Assembly (NCBI GenBank): GCA_965644495.1
Contig: CBFFSA010000002.1
Coordinates: forward strand, 930,001 to 994,000
Reading direction: 5' to 3'
Length of the DNA: 64,000 bases
Source: Perkinsela sp. CCAP 1560/9
Lineage: Eukaryota > Protista > Euglenozoa: Kinetoplastea
In this document: positions 60,101 to 64,000 of the stretch, piece by piece
Numbering within the stretch: the first letter of the stretch is position 1
Layout: every line of letters starts with the position of its first letter
The notes under the pieces: generated by a model
What the model saw: the letters and a program-made list of their open reading frames with translations, nothing else
Database searches by the model: none
Told to the model about the DNA's origin: nothing
Position numbers and translations under genes: made by a program

Positions 60101-60750
60101 TGGAGCCCTAGGTGGAGCACAGTGGAGGGGGTGGGGGGGAGGGCAGATTCCCATTTGGGGGGATGGCCATTTCGGGGGTTTCCGGGGTCAATTTCCACAA
60201 AGGGAGGGTGGGGTAGCTCCTCCGGGGGAGGGGAGGGGAGGTGGGGTAACTCACTTGAGGCGGGGGTGTGGACGGGGTGGGCGGAACCAGGAAACAGGGA
60301 GTAGTCCAACTCGGGGAGGTGTTCAATGGACATGGCGTGGAGTTTGCTTAGACTTCGTGGACGTTTCTCGGTGAAGTGAGAGGGGTGGGAGGAGGTAAAT
60401 TTTGAGGAGGGAGGCAGAGGACTGTTTTCTCCGAAATTTCGGGTGGTTTCCTCCACCACAGGCATCTCTACGGAGTAGTAGGAAGGGGGCTGTGATTTCT
60501 CTCGAGAGAAACGAAAGGTGCCTCGAATACGCCGAGGGCACATGAATCCAAGAGAGGAGGATCCCGTCCCAGGACGTTTCGGGTCGACCTCGTATTGGGA
60601 AAGTGTGATGTGGTGCGCCTCGATGAGGGTGTGATATTCCTCCAAGTCCTCGCGTAAAGTGTAGATCAAGTTTTTTCCATCCTCATAGTCTACATACATG
60701 CGGGACCACTCGGGGATGGTGAGGACTTTGATTTGCTCGCCGAATTTCAT
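57175..60750 (-). CDS. SPX-EXS phosphate exporter-family protein (SYG1/XPR1/PHO1-like)
   Basis: MKFG..IPEW..YVDY..K, KVNRFY, N..AF.KILKKFDK; transmembrane helices; FADFFL.D, QCLRRY, WDY.MDWGL, RLENEQLNN. Confidence 0.93.
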   Translation of the reverse strand: MKFGEQIKVLTIPEWSRMYVDYEDGKNLIYTLREDLEEYHTLIEAHHITLSQYEVDPKRPGTGSSSLGFMCPRRIRGTFRFSREKSQPPSYYSVEMPVVEETTRNFGENSPLPPSSKFTSSHPSHFTEKRPRSLSKLHAMSIEHLPELDYSLFPGSAHPVHTPASSELPHLPSPPPEELPHPPFVEIDPGNPRNGHPPKWESALPPTPSTVLHLGLQHSLEEPTTLEPRPQSSETSESPSVTVTVPPSPGALLPTKASQKEVKISSSASSAVSSSASSAVSSSPFSVSENTRRLAPVSSPPGWVPPAGESSPLIDMEVLPFYPAERGSARGGGYETPGETRAPLATTPIRRSLSKLRPPAQAVLLPPSATGEGEKEEQELEEKPGVVFSALVGTPQGSEGMESPGVVQREAPPRQGVLVSPFLRASGVQKMSEISWILHRVAHLYRSMNQEMGNWILRECRKVNRFYMSRAQFIANRAALLLDRAKMVATMSSLEKQRLRQGMEEAYFALDLLRSYCTVNSIAFCKILKKFDKNTLQNCREDVTQYLSSRWFFQTTHSIDSSPNRRLKDLLVKVYADLFCQGSMKTARTFLHVKKHDERQKESRSPLFLTGFFSGATLAIFVLLLFEYCSHYSEISSLSEASVSRSQFIFSLGYVGTFLLLSFALVVLIWESYGINYAFILELDLRKHFTAFGLMCLAFLQLLIGVTCAYGFLHSALFTEGYSLTPNAPTYAYLFAALSVLLTFLFHLRHRFSSHWLWHHLLRAFAAPWYRVRFADFFLMDYLCSMTDVLGELPTALCVWEYPSSATNAFCLGYRTWRIPLLPALPHMLRLLQCLRRYRDQEGDSLHPNLTNAMKYAAGLLQLVLGFVLLVCKRMFGMQSVAFAVMEGVWLFAAFSDASYKLLWDYHMDWGLLSFFRNRGSRDPLLREQLWYPRWAYFSSAAVNAVLRFLWLIRHIFFPNWGRSLLFSGWGWILWVSLELTRRAMWAVLRLENEQLNNFENYRAVNITPPDAISSSSSSPSCAENANSDMHAPIDLILRETDKEIQRRMEGSQGPEKNTTNSGTRSSSSPLSSSAATDLFYLIPNVKLKYQTKLTSFFAHLPEHAKVRVLQYQYPGQSFALRKDTGKTIRFATMHEEDKVCALYHLLGGLTIEQYCRSHGLLHWLRPSRPEKRSHSSVRRSKSVPRPSPKT

Positions 60751-60963
60751 GAGTGAATGATGAGTGTTGCGAAGAGAAGGGAAAGGGCGAGAAGCTAAAA
60801 CGAAGGAAAATGTAAACGAAATTCCGGGTAAATGCCTTGGAGATGGTCCATTATAAAAAATTGCATGTCAAAAACAGGCTTTCTGCGGATAAGCCGCATG
60901 AAGGAGTCTTCAACTAAACTAAAAGAATAAGGTTTCAAAATGTTTTTTACTACAAATGACGGA

Positions 60964-61659
60964 TCAAGAAACTGGTTTTGAGCGAAAACCGTTTGCCGAT
61001 ACAATCGAAGGTACATTTTGTCCCTGAACGCAGCTGAGATTTAAGTGACGCATTTCCACAGAAAGCAATCCCTTGGGAAGCGCGGAGAAATCCACAGTTC
61101 CCGAAAAATCATTATCACTTAAAAACAGATGCGTCAGTGATTTCGGAAGTGACATCAAATTAAGCTCCCCATCAAACATATTGCGCCGAAGGTCCAACGC
61201 AAAAAGGGACGGTGGGAGCTGCGTAAGATCCGCCCCACCGGAAAACCGATTCCGTTGCAGCACAAAAGAAAGCAAACTCACCGGGAGCTCGGTAAACGGA
61301 ACCGACCCCGTTAGATAGTTTACACTTTCGTACCATCCACACCCCAAGTCCACGTCCTGGACCCTGGCCGGGAGAAAACCCCAGGAGGGCTCTCCGCAGA
61401 GCTTTAGTCCGGACCAGTTGATTCCGAGCACGATTTCAAGCGACCCATCGCAGCGTATTCCATTCCACGTGCAGCCATGGTTGTGCTGAACCCAACTCGG
61501 GTGGTGGGGGTGAAGATGCTGGATGAATTGAGAGAGCGCGTATTCGGGAGTGAAAATCGAGGCCCGGACTTTACCCCGGCGTACGGGGGTATCCGAGCAG
61601 GGGAGGGGTAAGGGGAAGGGGGAGGAAGGAGAGAGTGAAAAGAAGAGGGAAAAAGACAT
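60964..61659 (-). CDS. Leucine-rich repeat protein
   Basis: C.W.GI.C cap; repeats of the form LP..L....L..N.F.G..DL. Confidence 0.85.
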   Translation of the reverse strand: MSFSLFFSLSPSSPFPLPLPCSDTPVRRGKVRASIFTPEYALSQFIQHLHPHHPSWVQHNHGCTWNGIRCDGSLEIVLGINWSGLKLCGEPSWGFLPARVQDVDLGCGWYESVNYLTGSVPFTELPVSLLSFVLQRNRFSGGADLTQLPPSLFALDLRRNMFDGELNLMSLPKSLTHLFLSDNDFSGTVDFSALPKGLLSVEMRHLNLSCVQGQNVPSIVSANGFRSKPVS

Positions 61660-61867
61660 GGGGAAGCGAGGGGAAAAGGGTGAAAGAGGGTAGAGATTCT
61701 GTTTTTGTAAAGGAAAAAGGATGTTGAAGAGTGTTCTGTGCTGAAAATAAACAAGAAATCAGATTAGCGCATGTACGACAGAAAAATTGAAAGGAACATG
61801 AAAAATAAGAAAATGAGATGACGAAATAAAAAATCAAGGGTTTGCCGCCCACTACATTGAATTTCTT

Positions 61868-63424
61868 TTATTGAACAGAACACCCCGAAGTACCAGGTAT
61901 TCCGTATTCCGCTTCGAATATGTCATCTGTTTGAATTTCGGGATCCTCCTTCAAGGATTCAAACTCTTTGGCATTCTGAACATCTGAAAGGTAGCGCTCG
62001 CGGGACTGTTTGTGCGCGATACAATATTCCTGATGAAGAGTTTCATTGGAATCGTCAGTATTTGTATCCGTTTTGCAAGGTAAAATAATTGCTCCACGTG
62101 CGTGGCCTTGGGAACGACCTTTTGAAGTGTTTTCGTGAGCATCGCGAGGAATCTGTTTCTCAAGAAGCTCGCGTGCTGACTCCGACAAACGTTCCGGAAA
62201 CTCCACTTTGAACTTCAAAATTAAATCACCTCTCTCGGAGTCAGTGAGTTCTTTGTTACCAGAAATCCTCGAGGAACGATCAGAGTGAACTCCTGTCGAA
62301 AGTGCCTGTATATTCCTGTTTTGCATCCGTCTGATTTTAGACTCGCGTTTGGAAGAAGAACCACGCTTCGGCATCCCCTCTCCTGCTATGCGTCGTGACT
62401 CCTTTCCATTTAGAATCACATTTTCTGTATCAACGCAAATGGGAGAGCCATCTAAGTGCTTAAACGAAAAGCGGCACCCAAGCAATGCGTGACTTAAGGG
62501 AAGTGTTTTTGTGAAATACAAATCCGGTCCAACACGTTGAAAACAAGAATGCGGAAGCACGCGAATAATTATTTTCAGATCTCCGCAAAGCAAGCGAGAC
62601 GTAGATAAGATATTCGAAGTGTTGGATGCGTTTACGTCGTAAAACACTCTTTCGTGACCGCGATTTTTGAAAACAAGTTCGTCCCCGTCTTCCACTCCAG
62701 GCTCTATCGTAAGAGAAAATGTGGTCTCTTGTAAGATTAAACCCTTTTCACTACAAAAGGTACATGCAACTCGTTTTGCAACTTTACCTTTCGCATGGCA
62801 AGAGTCGCATGGAACAAGCCGTGAGTTTCTTGATACTCGATAACCGTTTGTACCAAACGAAACGCCAGAAGAACGTTTTCCACTTCCCCTACAATCGGGA
62901 CAAGTCATCGAGCTCTCACCCGTGCCTTGACAATGATGGCAAGGAGCAAATTTTCTTTTTCTTACGGTTTCTGATTGTGCTTGCTTTGGATTCGAGGTGA
63001 AAATTCGACCATTTCCCTTGCAAACATCACATTTAGGAAATACAGAAGAGAAAGAAGAGTGAGGAGCAGAACCTGAGGTTTGCATAGCGTTTAAATTGTT
63101 CCTTTCACCATTTGGATTATCAAGTGAACCACAGCCGAGGCAATGAGAACACTTTTTCTGTCGTTCATAGGAAACGGAGAGCACAGTTCCAGTAAAGCAG
63201 TCCTCTAAACGAATATGAATTTCACGTGAAAGGGTGCTAGGGGGGCTTGAGGATAGCGCGGATTGAGGAAAGAAGGGCCGAAAAGAAGGTGGAATACCAC
63301 TAGATGTCCTCTGGGTCGTGCTGCGGTGATTTGATCGCCTTGCGTTTGTAGAGTTCGTGGGATAAGGAGCAGAAAAAGCGTCGAAGAAGGCAGAGCGAAA
63401 GAGATCGGGAAAAGGAAAATCCAT
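61868..63424 (-). CDS. Class-A DnaJ-like protein lacking a J-domain; six CxxC repeats; C-terminal CaaX
   Basis: LEDCFTG, CxxCxxxG repeats, IEPG..DG, GDL, F.R.G.DL, ALLG, HLDG, GEGMP, RGDL..F.V.FP, ends CSVQ. Confidence 0.85.
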   Translation of the reverse strand: MDFPFPDLFRSAFFDAFSAPYPTNSTNARRSNHRSTTQRTSSGIPPSFRPFFPQSALSSSPPSTLSREIHIRLEDCFTGTVLSVSYERQKKCSHCLGCGSLDNPNGERNNLNAMQTSGSAPHSSFSSVFPKCDVCKGNGRIFTSNPKQAQSETVRKRKFAPCHHCQGTGESSMTCPDCRGSGKRSSGVSFGTNGYRVSRNSRLVPCDSCHAKGKVAKRVACTFCSEKGLILQETTFSLTIEPGVEDGDELVFKNRGHERVFYDVNASNTSNILSTSRLLCGDLKIIIRVLPHSCFQRVGPDLYFTKTLPLSHALLGCRFSFKHLDGSPICVDTENVILNGKESRRIAGEGMPKRGSSSKRESKIRRMQNRNIQALSTGVHSDRSSRISGNKELTDSERGDLILKFKVEFPERLSESARELLEKQIPRDAHENTSKGRSQGHARGAIILPCKTDTNTDDSNETLHQEYCIAHKQSRERYLSDVQNAKEFESLKEDPEIQTDDIFEAEYGIPGTSGCSVQ

Positions 63425-63794
63425 AATGCGTTCAGATGGAGTAGGAAGGGATAAAAAATAGAGTCGTACTAGTGATTCGGTTTTTAGAAATCAAAGAAGC
63501 AGACAAAGAAAGATGTTAAAAAGAATCAAAAATATAGGCCCTCTGGAAAGGCAAACAACCCCATATCCATGTACACTCTGTCCGGTGCGAGATGTTTATG
63601 AATGTATCTAAAAAAATTGTAGAGCAAAAAGCATGTAAAAGCTGGAAATTTAATCAAAAAACAAGAAAAGTACACAGTATCCTTCACAATAAGAAAGAAA
63701 TCGATCTGCGTGAACTATTCTATACACAAGAATTCCATTCTGTACACAAGAAGTAAAAGCAAAAAATGTAATTCTGTTCACAAAATATTCCCAG

Positions 63795-63998
63795 TTACTT
63801 CTTCTTTAGGGTCGCAGTGCGCTCCGTTTGTACTGGAGCTCTCTTCAACCGGCCAAACGATTTACCAGTTGCAAGCTGTGAGACTGTTGGTGCATCGACG
63901 TGTAAGTAAGGCTTCGCATGTTGCGAGGTCCCTGCCTTCGCTTTTCCACGATATTGGTGCACTCGGTCGGCCACTGTTTCAACAGCACTCCAAAAGTT
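63795..63998 (-). CDS. 3' end of an unidentified gene running off the window
   Basis: Open frame of 67 codons (..NFWSAVETVADRVHQ..TLKKK*) on the same strand as the cluster. Confidence 0.5.
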   Translation of the reverse strand, partial: NFWSAVETVADRVHQYRGKAKAGTSQHAKPYLHVDAPTVSQLATGKSFGRLKRAPVQTERTATLKKK

Positions 63999-64000
63999 GC

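Overview
Eukaryotic (protist-like) DNA in two parts. Bases 1-~53,660 are a nested transposon graveyard. It contains two Helitron Rep/PIF1-helicase relics, several CRE/SLACS-like (RT + restriction-like endonuclease) retrotransposon relics, and an RTE-like APE-RT-RNase H family (one intact 1386-aa copy, one decayed copy, two fragments). It also holds two tRNA-derived SINE families, a tRNA-Gly, Tc1-type transposons, MITEs, and two families of non-autonomous hairpin-ended elements that look like rolling-circle (Helitron2/Helentron-type) elements. Reading the non-coding DNA by eye gives two self-cleaving ribozyme folds: a twister ribozyme 41 nt after a Helitron stop codon (19547-19619) and an HDV-like ribozyme (52939-53011). 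Bases 53,727-64,000 are a tandem cluster of intronless minus-strand host genes: a TTLL tubulin ligase, an SPX-EXS protein, an LRR protein, a DnaJ-like protein lacking a J-domain, and a partial ORF. This layout suggests a kinetoplastid-like directional gene cluster (inference only). All calls are from visual inspection; no searches or folding programs were run.
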